A stretch of 63,907 bases of DNA, the filler included, from Choristocarpus tenellus KU-1152 (Eukaryota > Protista > Phaeophyceae), in NCBI GenBank assembly GCA_964200185.2. It is 10 parts of 10 records of this genome, joined end to end, with 100 filler letters (N's around TTAATTAATTAA, not from the genome) between each part and the next. Parts side by side here need not be neighbours in the genome. Positions count along the whole stretch, not along the records: positions 22,480 to 25,834 come from CAXNAD020020584.1; positions 25,935 to 33,748 come from CAXNAD020005547.1; positions 33,849 to 38,799 come from CAXNAD020012410.1; 7 more parts are not named here. One strand, given 5' to 3'. Under the pieces are notes generated by a model. The model saw only the letters and a list, made by a program, of their open reading frames with translations. It did no database searches and was not told the DNA's origin. A program made the translations under genes and the position numbers. Below are positions 23,040-35,860 of this stretch, piece after piece; position 1 is the first letter of the stretch, and each line of letters begins with the position of its first letter.

Positions 23040-25672
23040 TTACCTATATGCAGCAATCATATCTACACATTGTGGCAAATCATGTGGACGATAGAATACA
23101 TCAGAAGCCTGGCCATAGCCTTTAAGACGTAATCTATATTCTATGTTCAAAGGTGAACGAGGTCCACGGCCAAACTTGTGTCCACAATCGCTTCAATAAT
23201 GTAAGGACCAATGGTTACCGGGGATTCTAAATATTCCAGATCTGGTAAGAAGGGTAAAGTTTGGCCAAGAAAAAATTCACTGAGTTTCATAAAATCAGGT
23301 TGAGGTGGTTGTGTGTTTGGAATGTAAGGTTTCAAGTGGGCTAAATGAACAGAAATATCTTTGATGTCACCCTGTTTACGAACACAGTAAACTACAGGGG
23401 AAATCTTAGCGGCCACAGTGAAAGATCCACGCCAAGGATGAATCAATTTTGGATTAGGCCCGTCACGGTCAGTATGTGGACGATGCACCAAAACTTGAGC
23501 TCCAACTTGAAACACAGGGAAAACAAGAGTTTCATTGTTAGCAATTTTCTTAGCATTCCGTTCTCCCAGATTGTGACGAGCTAATTCAAAAGCTAACTGT
23601 AAATTCTCAGCTATTGATTGAGTAAACTCTTGACTAGATTGTGCAATTGTTGTTTTAGATAGACCAAAAATGACATCTATCGGTAAAATTGGCCGGCGTC
23701 CAAAACGTAGGAAGAAAGGTGTTTCTTGTAATGTGGTATTGTATGCCGTATTGTGAGTCAATTGAAGGAATGGAACAACAGTCATCCAATTATTCTCTGC
23801 AATGCTACTGTACATGGATAACATTTGATGCAGAGTAGAACGGACACGCTCTAAGACAGAGTTACCCTGAGGTCTGTAGGGTGTGGTTCGAGTTTTATGG
23901 TACCCAAACACTGTCTGCAATTCCAGAACAAGTTTATTTTCAAATTCCGAACCTTGGTCAGAGTGAAGGATTTCGGGTGCCCCAAATATTGAAAATATCC
24001 TTTCAAACAAAACTTTTTCAATGTTCACTTCTTGTTTGGCTGGAATGGGAATGAGAAAAGCAAGATGTGTCGACTGACAAATAGCCGAAAGAACATAACA
24101 GCAACCGCGGGAAATGGTTTTATACTGTACAAGATCAACAGCAATCCGTTCAAATGGTCGAGTGGCAGGAATTTGTCCTTGAGGTAATGTAGGACGTCTG
24201 TGAGAGGTTTTTTGTCTTTGGCAAAATTGAAATCTTTCACACCACTCTCTAACATCTTTTTGAAACATAGGCCACCAATATCGGTCTCGTACCTTGTCAA
24301 GAGTATGAGAAAGACCAAAATGACCTCCCGAAGCGGGATGGTCATGGTAAGCATGCAAGACCAAAGATTGTAATTCTTTTGGAACCACTAACTAATTGAC
24401 CACGAAAAGCACGGTGTTTGCGTATATGCCATGGAAAATATGATCGGCAAAGCAAGTTAGTGTCAGCATCAACATAAAAATATGACATGCTATACCTCGA
24501 TTCATGGGGAGGTAAGGACAATGAATCAGGGGCTTGTAAATACGCAAAGTAAAGAGAAAATTGGTTCATTTGTGCTTCCCGAATTTTGGTGTGGTCTAGA
24601 GTTGGAAAGATGTTCACAGAAGTACTAAAAAGTTCACGGTCACTCTGAATTATATCTAATTCATGAAGGCGGTCTGGATCTATTTCGTATGCTTGTCGTG
24701 GGGTTACCGCATTTGAAATAGTGTTTTCCGGAATATTCCTACAAATAGGAGAAAGTACTTTTTGGCGTACGATCAATCTCAATATCAAAAAGACGAGAAA
24801 GGGCATCAGGAACAACATTGTCTCTGCCAGGTTTATGATGGACTGTAAAGTCAAAACATTGAAGAGCAAGGGCCCAACGTGTCAACATATTATCTGTGTC
24901 TTGCATGTAATACAGATATCTGAGTGCCGCATGATCAGCAAATAAATCAAAATGTCGACCCCAAAGATATGGACGGCAGTGGTTAATGGCATGGACTACT
25001 GATAAACATTCTTTGTATGTAGCTGAATAATTTTGTTGTGCTCCATCAAATTTCTTGCTGAAGTAAGCCACAATATAAAGTGAGGTGTTTGTTGGATCAT
25101 CTGAAACCTTTTGAGGAAGAAAACCACCACTACCCAGATTGGAAGCATCCACATGTACCACAATAGATTTTGAGAAGTCTGGATATTGTAAAAGGGGAGC
25201 CGATGTTAATGAAATTTTATTTTTTTCTAATGCGTTATCGTGAACTGATGTCCATGCTTTTCCAATTTCACCAGAAGGACGAGAGATGAACTCTTTATGT
25301 GTATATTTTAGAAGGGGTTCTGTCAGATCTGTATAATGTGGGATGAACTTTCTAAAAAAATTGCACATACCAAGGATTAAACGAATGTCCTTTATTGTTC
25401 GGGGAGAGGGGTAGGTCAACAATAGCTTGAATTCGAGCTTTTCCAAGACGTACCCCTGCACTAGAGACAATATGACCAAGATGCTCAACTTCTGCTGGAC
25501 CAAACTTCAATTTAGAAGGTTTTAAAGTAAGGCCAGCACTTTGAAGGACCATAAAAAGCTTTTCAAGCAATGTTATATGGTGGTGCCAAGTGGTCGAACA
25601 AAGAATGAGATCATCCATGTAACATAACAGACCTGACCCCGTGCCAAAATCAGATAGAGCTAGAGCCATCAC
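23040..25672 (-). mobile_element. Degenerate Ty3/gypsy LTR-retrotransposon pol (RT-RNaseH-integrase-chromodomain), frameshifted
   Basis: RT CYMDDLIL..LKPSK; RNase H VHVDAS..VAYFSKK..NYSATYKECL..DHAAL; integrase HDHPASGGHFG..RYWWP, AVDL..ILHSDQGSEF..TTPYRPQGNSVLER; GPY/F-like PKLIHPWRGSF; chromodomain YIIEAIVD/..EYRLRLKGYGQASD..DLPQC after a frameshift. Confidence 0.95.
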
Positions 25673-25673
25673 A

Positions 25674-25834
25674 TGTTACAGGTGCCCCTCAGAAGCTCAC
25701 CTCCACAGGATGTATAGCTCCAATCCACGGTCTTATAGATGATACTGATGTAGGTATAGGACTCCTGATGCACAAGTTGTCAAGTATGCTGGATCTCTCA
25801 CTTGGATTATCGTAAATATCATGGTATAAAAAGG
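25674..25834 (+). repeat. LTR-like TGTTACAG repeat abutting the truncated RT
   Basis: Same family as 16182-16390; it sits exactly where the RT reading frame is truncated. Confidence 0.6.
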
Positions 25835-26151
25835 NNNNNNNNNNNNNNNNNNNNNNNNNNNNNNNNNNNNNNNNNNNNTTAATTAATTAANNNNNNNNNN
25901 NNNNNNNNNNNNNNNNNNNNNNNNNNNNNNNNNNCTCTTCTGTCTGCACGTAAATTCATGACAGGGGAACATATCCCGACATTCACCCTGTAAAAGAAGG
26001 GCACCTCAAAGGTATTCCTTCGAATGAAGGTGGTCAAGAGATGGGATTGAAGCTCAGCAGAAAATTTCAGAAGTGGAAACGATATTATTGCAAAGCTCTT
26101 TCTTCTATTGAACTGTTAGAATGTCGGCAGACACCTCTAGGATGAGACCGG

Positions 26152-26449
26152 TCTTGATTTGTTTGAAAGGGTTGCCCAACGAGTAAAACAATGCTCAGCA
26201 TATCAAATGAAAGCTCTGGATCTAAGCTATCGATTTCCGGAAAGGAATTCTTCGAAAAATGATTTTGGTAAGGTTAAAGTTTTGCCGAATGTTTTCGGCA
26301 CAACCTCGAAGATGTTTCGGAATGAACTATCACGACCAAATTGCGAAAGAATTCCTTTGCTTAAATCGATAACCTAGATCCAGAGCTTTGATTTGATATG
26401 CTGATCATTGATTAACTCGTTGGGCAAACGTAAAAAAAAATCAAGATTT
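26152..26449. mobile_element. Foldback element/MITE with imperfect inverted arms of about 110 bp
   Basis: tcttgattt..ttgcccaacgagt..tcagcatatcaaatgaaagctctggatcta..tatcgattt..aaaggaattctt pairs with aagaattccttt..aaatcgata..tagatccagagctttgatttgatatgctga..actcgttgggcaa..aaatcaaga. Confidence 0.85.
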
Positions 26450-27331
26450 GTCACCGCCAAAAGGGTACGTGGGCTAATCTCGGCATAGTACTGTTTAAGC
26501 CACTCACAGGGCACGATTCTGGTTGAGCGTCTTGGAGGACACTGCTTGATGCTTCCAATGTACCACTGTGAATTGAACCCGATAGAGATGGTCTGGGGGC
26601 GGGCGAAGCACTGTGTATGAGGCCAGTGTGACTACATGTTGGCTGGATGAGAGTCAATATTCCTGTCTAAAGGAGGAAGGGGGGCTGTCCAGAGTAATTA
26701 TGGAGAGGTTCTTTAGGATGAGTATAGTTTACCACCTGATATATTCCAACGAGAAAGGCATGGAGTGTACCAAATTGGACAGGGTGTAAAAGACATTTAA
26801 GTCTCACAGGAGGCATGCACCTTCAGAATACCTCATTTGTCTTGGCATGGATTGTCTGGTTGAGAGGCTGCATCCAAGATTGAGCCTTAGCCAGCAGGTG
26901 ACAACATCGCATAAACGGGAAATAATGGAAAGAGAATGGAGAGACAACAACGCCCATGTTCTCCAGGTGAAGATGAACTCTTCTGGCGTCAAAATCATCC
27001 TTAAATGCGTGGTTAGCGCGCGCTACGTAGCACCCCCACGCGAAACGCGCGTGCGGACTAATTGATTTAAGCTTGGTCCTGTATTTCTCATGATTACTGC
27101 AAGTTGACCAACCGAAACCCACCAAACGAGTTAATGAAAAAAAAAAGGTTGATCAAAAGTTATGGCACGACGAAGTTGATGCAACAGGCGATTGCCAAAG
27201 TATAGGTGAGAGTGGGCTTTGAATCCAACAAATACCTAACTACAAAAAGGTATACACTCTTTGAGTATTGAGTAAATCCTTGTAACCCTATAGAAACTGA
27301 GTGTTGTACAAATATTACATCTTGATGTGGA

Positions 27332-27413
27332 GTCGATGTGACCGAGTGGTTAAGGTGAAGGACTTGAAATCCTTTGGGCGATGCCCGCGCGGGTTCAAAT
27401 CCCGTCGTCGACG
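27332..27413 (+). tRNA. tRNA-Ser (anticodon UGA)
   Basis: Acceptor stem GTCGATG/CGTCGAC with G discriminator, D-loop GAGTGGTTAAGG, anticodon arm AAGGA-CT-TGA-AA-TCCTT, long variable arm GGGC-GAT-GCCC, T-arm GCGGG-TTCAAAT-CCCGT; no encoded CCA and no intron. Confidence 0.96.
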
Positions 27414-28165
27414 ATCTGTATAGATACAACTATGTCGTATCTCTATCCTCCCGCACCGAAAGTTATTTTTTATCTATTCGTAAAATCTAGTATACACAAT
27501 CCAAAGTCCACTATTTAAGTACCACAGATTGTATACCCGTCACATTATTAAGAGTTCTTTCGATCAGTCACCACGCCATAAAAAGTCACGCCAAGAGCGA
27601 GGTGGTAAGGTAAGGTTTCATTGCAGTGTAATGCCTGAGTCGTTCCAGAGGAACAAGAAAATTGAGTAAGGAGTGGGAGGGAAAATTCAAGTTGCGAGAT
27701 GTCTGAACCGAGGCACCAGTTGCAAGGCATGAGTGTGAAGATGCAGTACAATATTTGTAGAGCAACAACAGTTGTTAACAACTACTGAGAAGTACATATT
27801 ACATAGAGTGGTAGCGAATAGATTGGTAGTGGGATTAAAAGTACTTGCTTCACATTTAGTCTAGGGATTACACCGACAAGTGGTCAGATGCACTACATAA
27901 TGCAGCACTACTACCTCTACTTCTCATACCAGCTACTACCTGTTGCACTACCACTAATTGCACTGCCGCTATTCCTGCCTTGTCTTTGGTGTGTTGGGTC
28001 CAGCACTCTAACCACTTGTCGCTCTGTCTTCTCTACTAAATCTTCTGTTGGACCCCCCTTGAAGTTTCCACTTAAGCTAGATCTTCGTCCAGCCTTTTTG
28101 TTGTATAGTCACAGACAGAATAGTACCGGCGTGTGTATATTCCATTGTATTTTCCACGTGGAATT

Positions 28166-28668
28166 AACTGGACCAACTGAGAGGTAGGCAGGTTTGAACC
28201 CTTTTGCATTCCAAGCAATATTTCTTGCCCTGTGCAATACACTCGATTTAGTTCCATAAATATATGCACAACGGTGTACGCAAAATTGATATTCACCCTT
28301 TCCATACTCAAAGTGACACTACTATGCAGCAAAGGCTCTGTGTGCAATTGTGAGTTAAAGCAAACGAGGAGTATCCAGAGTAGCATTTCAAGGATGCTGA
28401 CAGCTATGTGCAAAATTCGCTTTTTTTTTCAACTGCACACAGAACATCTTCTCACTATAGAGAAGTCAACGCTCCCAAGTCGAAATCAGCACTTCGTCCA
28501 TAGAAATATGAGTGAAGTGCAAAATATTGAAAAGCTGGCTTAAAATGCAAAATGATCAAAACCTGGGTACCCCTCGTTTGCTTCGACTCTGCACAACATG
28601 ACACATTTTAGTCCTTTCTTGGGATCCTTGAATTGCAACCCTGCCTACCTCTCGGTTGATTAGACTCA
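28166..28668. mobile_element. MITE family C (TIR ..CCAACTGAGAGGTAGGCAGG), long copy
   Basis: caactgagaggtaggcaggttt...aaccctgcctacctctcggttgattagactc; a shorter homologue lies at 37995-38250. Confidence 0.75.
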
Positions 28669-30401
28669 AATGGATAATCGAAACCAGATTTCCATCATAT
28701 GGAGTCTGAGATCAAAGGTTTTAGACCTGCCATATTTATGCGGGCGGATGGCACCTTAACTACAAAGCCACAAGGACACCTACCCTACTGTGAACTGTTG
28801 CAATGTGTAGTGCTTCTGACCATGGGTTTCATTAATCCTCTGACTGTGGTAAAGTAAACAATCACGGAGCCGAGTGTAACTTTTGAATTACGAGGGGCAA
28901 TCTTTTTGGGGGTGAGATAAGGTGTTATATTTTTTTGCACGCATATGGATAGAATGACTCACTGGAAAATGAGCGGATGGCATTGCTCAGCATTGTGCAA
29001 AAGGGAGCGCAAAATTGTTCTCTATCTGGCTCTATTGTGTTAACAACGAATAGCCCAGACGCCTACTTGACTGGGTCGCATAATAACCAATTTTTAACTT
29101 GTCAACTTCACCATTGTCAAGTATCCCCCAAGGAGCCCAGCATGTCAATCGACCCAGCATATTAATGAATTCCTCTCGAAAAGGTAAATTGGATAGTATC
29201 ATCAGAATCAATCGTCTCCGATTCTTCCTTCAGGAGTTAAAACAAAGCGTCATTTCACTGATTTTTCATTAAGACATGCACATTTTAATATCGTACATAT
29301 TTTCACATAAACCTATATTTAAAAAAGCCCGTCCACCCTTGCACATTGTAAGAATTAATACATTAAATCAACATGATGAGGGATAAAAGAAAGACGCTGT
29401 ACCTACTTTGAACAAAAAGAAGTCGTACTTCTTGTACAACCCCATTCCTACGAACAGGAGTTATCTCGTTTAGAGGTAGGCAGTTTTAGGTTGATTTCAC
29501 CGTGTCCCTCTCCTTTCCTCCTCTTTGATTCCTTTGTGTGACATACTATACATGCAATAAAATACACTTTTGTGATGAGTGTGGAGCATTTTCAGCTAAG
29601 ATAGGACCTGGCAAGGCTTTTTTTTAGTATTATAGTGCATTACATATCGTTTTTCTTCGTTCGCTACGCTTCTAGCTAGATATTTCTCCTCTCTTCTTCT
29701 CTTTTCTTCTCTTTTCCCTTTTTCCTTCAACCTTTCACTGTTTGAATTGTTAGTATCTACGTCTCTTATGCAGTGTATACTACTACTATGCATACTTCAA
29801 ACAAACTAGAAATATAATACCCTCCATTCCGCCGTCCCACAACAACAATGACCATTATGGTGCCTTTTAAAAAAATCCTGATCAAGCCTTCGTTCGCGAG
29901 TAGAGTTACTAGCGGTTTTGGTGGTTACAAGAGTGAGTGTTTTTGCTTCATCATACCCTAATTATATTATGCCCCTACCCTATCTAGCTGGAGATCGTCT
30001 CTACAAACTTATGAGATGAACAAATGATTCCAATCAATGTCGGCCTTCTGACTGTTTTTTTCTGCTTACTGTCCTCGACCTCTCCCCTCTACAACTAACT
30101 ACATAATAATAAGATCATGCAGTTCAAGGCCTATACCTCAACAACACATACATGCGCTAATGAAAACTACCCAACTAGTTAGGAACGCAATAAACCTTGA
30201 CCTAATTTTGTTTTAGTATGAATAGTATGATAAGTTTTTAAAAATCATTTCGAACGTAGTTGAGCAATAACTCGCAACATACATCACCTTTCGGTCAGTC
30301 TCTGTGACGTTTCAGACCAGGGGAAACACCGCGTTTTGAAATCATTTCACATCTTACGTACGTCCTCTATCCTCCTCCTAACAAGAATTCGAAGTGGAAG
30401 G

Positions 30402-32600
30402 ATGAGTAAGACACAGACAACTACAATACATACTACGTACCCTACGCACAAACTGCACACCTCGGATGCATGGATGTCGCCAGTGACATGCTTACTGGAG
30501 CCACTATTCTTGCGAAGTTATGGAGAATCAAATGATCATCCCGACTTCACATTGGGTGATGGTAATGCTTGCCCAACCCCACAGAGTCCCAAGTTAAGAC
30601 CAAACAAGGCCTACCCCCTGTCTTTCTCTGCCCATTGCGTCATGCCAGCATTAGCCATGCAGACAATTGGTGTTTCTCAGGGGGACGCAGTACTCATTCT
30701 ATCGTTGGAAGAAGGATGGTCAAGTGGGATCGACCTGAGCGGCACATCACCCGTAACCACCACGAACACGAACTGGTCTTCCACAGACCCGAGACAGGAT
30801 GACAGTGTGGGTGATACGATATGCTTCTCTCAACAAGATCGCGAAATCAAACTTCCCCGTCCTCGCTGCTTCCTCTGTTCTGTGTGGCAAGCACAGCACT
30901 TTTCCCAAGTGACTACAGAGGGTAAGGTTTGTATCGACGGCAGAGTTGAAGTCCCGTACACCATGACCTCCACAACCACAATTGACCAGGGGAAAGCAGG
31001 TGCTGGCATGGGAAGCTGCCATGATGAGAACGAAGAAAACACGTCTGATGATGACATCCTTCAAAAATTTGTCCAAGCTGCGCTTGTCCGGCTCAAAGAT
31101 GTAGGCCCTGGTCCAGTCGTTGGCATTACACCCATTAAATATGGGCAAAGTCAGGGAAGTAGTGGTGCGATCACCATGGCCACGCGGGTCTCATTAGAGG
31201 TCCTGATAGCCGAAGATTATGCGAAGACTGGACTAATCACTCGAACGCGAGTAACTGAAAACCTCGCCAGTGCTGCTGTCCTTCGACCGGAATACACCGC
31301 GATGGTGAAACGTTCTCTCAGGCACTTGACAGTTTCGGTTGGGTGCACTGTTGCTGTGCCATCATGTCATGGAGTTGCTCCCTCCAGCAGGAGTCGCAGC
31401 CGGGGTCGAGGGCAGGAGATGTTCTCGGAAGCTCGCGTAGGATCGATCAATGCGAGCGGCTGGGGAACAAGGGGAAGGGCAGTTTTCCTTGATGGAACCT
31501 TGCAGGCTATTGCAGGAGGGTTGGTGTCGGTGATAGGGTCCGATACCGTGCTCGTGGTGGACCAGAGGGAAATTTCCTATGGGAGAGGAGGGTTCCCATC
31601 AGCACAGGGTGAGACCATTGGAAGAATTACATGTGGTTTGTGGAGGTCGCTTGCGTGTACCGACACTGTACCGGGGTTGTAGAGTTGGGAGGTGTACGAC
31701 GAATCCGAACAAACCTCGATGCACACCCCCTGCGATAGGTGTGAGATGTCGATTGAAGCCGATTCCTGCTGTCACACACCCCTACAACCTTTAGCATGTT
31801 CTCAGCAAGCAACAGGGGGCTGTGTTCATTGTCTCTTCCCTTGCCATCATATACCATTTCATGCACTGGTTTTGGCAGGATGCACAGCCGACAACCACAG
31901 ACCCTTACAGGGCCCTCATTATGATTAGCTTCTATTCTGTACCATCCAACTGTGCAATCTGGAACATGAGTTCCATGAGCCGCAACTGACTACACTGGGG
32001 TTATTTGTCAAATATTCGATTTTGTTCTTAGCAAATACGGAGGTTGGATCTATTACCACAATGTCCGACATACTGTTCTAAATATATCTGTAGATGGAAG
32101 TTTTGTTTTCCTGCTCATATTTCTAGTTTTGTCGTCACATAGTTACCCATGTTGTGCCAGCACTAATACTTTCATTGACACAATTTATAAGGATTATTAA
32201 TTTTCCAAGAGTAAGAAAAAGTAAAAAGCTCATGCCGAAAAAACGTACTAGCAAATCCCCCCAAAAATAGCATAAGAATAACATGTCCCTTCCCCCCTCC
32301 CTCCCCCTTCTCCCATCAGAGGCAAGAGCTTGAAGGTCTTGCACAGTTTAATTATTTGCTCCCAGCTGCACAAATATCCTGCCCCTCTGCCTTCTCCCCC
32401 CCCCCCCTGAAAGTTTTTATTTTGAACTCTTCTATGTGTAGGAAGTGTTTTTCTCGAGAAAGCTATGCCACCACCTGGATTCAGTGATGGGTTTCCTGGG
32501 CCAGGCAAAGGCGGTGGCTCCTCTGCAGCAGCAACGGACGCCCTTGTGGAGCTGATGCTTTTGCCCATGTTAGCCGCTGAAGCAGACAATGGGGTCAGCG
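30402..32600 (+). CDS. Probable N-terminus of a CDC48/AFG2(SPATA5)-like AAA+ ATPase (partial)
   Basis: Open exon of about 1.2 kb ending CAG G|GTGAG (31608), then phase-compatible exon 32442-32600 (GSVFLEKAMPPPG..ATDALVELMLLPML), which resembles the 'L.E...LP+' helix before Walker A in CDC48-family proteins. No Walker motif is visible, so the family is inferred. Confidence 0.45.
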
Positions 32601-32792
32601 GTAAGGGTGGATGGGAGTGGGGTAGGGACGGGGGCAGGAAGATGAGGGGAAGGTGTACTTGGTATGCTTGAAATGTTTTTAATGCATTTGAACACATTTA
32701 TGCAGAGAGTTTTTTCTTTCAGGTCTATATTCATATTTTTATTATTGGGTGTTCAAACTGTGCGATCTTCTGTATCCTCTATATACTTTTAG

Positions 32793-32922
32793 CACTATAT
32801 TCTACTATTACTACTATTACCACTATTACCACTATTTTACCACTACTACTACTACTACTACTCCTACTATTACTATTACTATTACCACTATTTTACTACC
32901 ACTATTACTACTACCACTACCA

Positions 32923-32955
<33 letters not shown>

Positions 32956-33180
32956 TTATTACCACTATTTTACTACTACTATTAGTACTACTACAACTAC
33001 TACTACCACCACCACTACCATTACCACTATTCTACTACTACCACTGCTACTACTACTACCACCACTTCTAATTTTTCAGGTGAACCCTGCCCTATCCCCA
33101 ACGCTAATCCCTAAACTCAGCCCTTACCCTAAAATACCCCCAATCTGAACCCCATCCCTAACCCCAACTCTCTAACCCTG
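32793..33180 (+). repeat. (ACT/ACC)n microsatellite followed by degenerate (CCCTAA)n
   Basis: Trinucleotide tract 32793-33065; aaccct-like units 33080-33180. Confidence 0.9.
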
Positions 33181-33548
33181 GGGGGCATTGTGGTGTGCAA
33201 AGCTCTCTCGGTTGTCTCGTGCTTGGTGGTATTAGCAATGCACAACGGTTCCGCTTGGGAACACGAAGGGCGTACACACGAAACTACCATCCGGCGCCGC
33301 ACGAGCAGGTGGTTTCCGTGTTGAAGACACGTGCTTACTGTTGTTCAGTGAGTGCACCAACTCATCGCGGTCGCTGGCGCATCTTTATCTGCTTAGAATA
33401 AAATAATTCGAAGCGGCCGTGCATGCAGAGGCATTCCGTTCATGCACACGCTTTGCAGACAAGTGTGGACACGATTTTTTTTTGGGGGGGGGGACACACA
33501 GAGTTTATATAACTCGCCGCCTAAAGTGCTCTCTTTACATCCTACGTA

Positions 33549-33580
<32 letters not shown>

Positions 33581-35860
33581 GTCTTAATTGGCGCATCCTT
33601 TTTTTTTTTTTTGGCATAGTCCAAAAACCTCCCGAGTCGCTACTCCTGCCTTGGTTCCGTTTTTAGGGGGGGGGAGGTTTGTAGGGGTAGGGGTGTTCGA
33701 TCACGGCTTGTCATCTGACCTTAGAATGCTGGCTGCTGGCTTGCAAAANNNNNNNNNNNNNNNNNNNNNNNNNNNNNNNNNNNNNNNNNNNNTTAATTAA
33801 TTAANNNNNNNNNNNNNNNNNNNNNNNNNNNNNNNNNNNNNNNNNNNNACGGAACAAATTAGCTGGTTGGTACAGTAAAAGACTAGGGTTAGGGATAGCA
33901 TGCAGGAGGGGAAGGGTTCAATGCCCAAAGAGCAACTGATGATAACACATAGTTAACCCTAGCTCTAACCCAAAATATGGGGGGTATACCTTCTATTGAC
34001 TCAGTATGACATGCTTGGTACGGTACTTGTGGGAGTATATTTAGGCTATCACACATACGTACTACATTAAGTATACTTAATGTAGAAGGTTGCTTTTGAT
34101 ACTATGGTTCCCTACCACTCGACCTTTATTAATAGTCTAAATTATTATTCTTAATATAATATTCTCAAATATACATATATATACCTATGCAGTAGGAGTC
34201 AAGACCTGTTCTTACTGCTAGTGACGCCTGAGTGGGTACAAAGAGGAATTCGAGTCAAATACTACAATGGTAGCACTCAGTACTTGAAATGTCAATATCA
34301 TTATGAATAGTATATATTACTACTCTCACACCTAGCAACAGTCTTTAGCTAACAGTAGAAACTTAGAGGATGAAGCCATGATAGCTCGCAGGCAAACCAG
34401 AAATGAAAAAAACATATGTGCTACACAGCAGTGTATTTCATACCCATGCACCACAAAGAACTTTCCAAGATACAGTATACACAAGTGTTTGTGTAGTGAC
34501 ATGGTATGAGCTACATCACCCGAGTTGCACTCAAGTTATTGTGACACAAAGCACACACATACAAACACGGTACATACACACATCAGCCAGAACAACAGTT
34601 ACAGGGGAAAAGGAAAGAATTCAACTTGTAAACGTTCTGCCACACAATCGGTTCATTCTCACAAAACGCCAATCGTGATAGAAAATCTCAGTAGAAACAG
34701 TACTTGATGGAGGGGGGGGAATGTTATTTATATGAAAAGTGATATTTCACCCCACTAGATTTGAACCTTTGTATCATACATGTATCGTATGTACACACAA
34801 CCTGTATCCAATAGGAATCACTATGAAGCCTTAGCTACACCCCATTCCATCAATATTCTGTACATCTGTAATCTGTACACTGAGTTGGCCATAAATCACA
34901 AGAGTAAGCATAATAACATGAAAAAATAAAACACAACTTTGACAAATAATGGCAATTGTTGATATTATTGTAAGGTCCAGTCGGTGGAAAGAGTCATAGT
35001 TTTTGGTACACCTGAAAAAAATGATGTCTCTGAGCAAGGCAACACACCTAAAAGACAATTTCATAAAAGTCCTCACTTACTGGAGGAAGTGCATGGGATT
35101 ATCTCGGGGTAGTCACTCTTTGCAATCAAGATATTGCAACTGTCAAGTCCACCAACATACAGAGTTCTGTGTTGGAGCTGTACCACAATACTGACAAGCA
35201 TTCTTGCCACCCATACCCCCGACAGCACAACAGGGAGGTCTAAGACCAGAACCATTTTGATTTGAAATCAATGATATTAGAAGACAAACTTAGGTCGCCT
35301 TGACATCTTGACAACCGCACATATCAGAAGAAACACACATATTGTATTTTCGGCATAGAACCATAATAGTAACAGCAAGAATACCTCGAAGTAACTGTAC
35401 TATATGGTCAACTTGATCATCACATGGTCCGATCGGCCCTATCATGTTGAAAAGGTATCCAAGTGCATTGCAATATCATAGGCTGCATTGAGTGCACGAC
35501 TTGACTGTCAATGATGGTATGATCGCTGTACTTTCATGTCACAACATTCACACTGATCCACGACAACATTCTGTTAGCAGGCCAACCATTTTCCAGCAAG
35601 CGCACCTTTGAGTTTAACGACACAGTCGAGTAATAGAAATCTCAGAGATAATTATAGGCCACCCACATCATCCGTCGTTGTGCATCAACCCTTTTGACCC
35701 ATGAATGAATGACTTCTTGGAACAAGAATCCTAGCGTTGTGACTCAACCCAAACCTAGCAGCGACGTCCGAAGGATAACACTACCTTTTCTTTGAGTGCA
35801 ATTTTTTGGGAGAGTCGATAGTCGTAGGCAACCAAACATCTTTGTCCATCTCTCTCTTAC

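Noticed and set aside
27332-27413. Selenocysteine or suppressor tRNA because 'TGA' is in the anticodon loop
   Set aside because: Anticodon UGA reads UCA (Ser); tRNA-Sec would carry UCA and a longer acceptor stem.
25935-29240. Minus-strand gene that might host the tRNA in an intron
   Set aside because: There are a few AG/GT-bounded open segments, but no consistent phase chain or recognisable domain.
32749-32985. ORF with poly-Y/T/L tracts
   Set aside because: It is the translation of an (ACT/ACC)n microsatellite.
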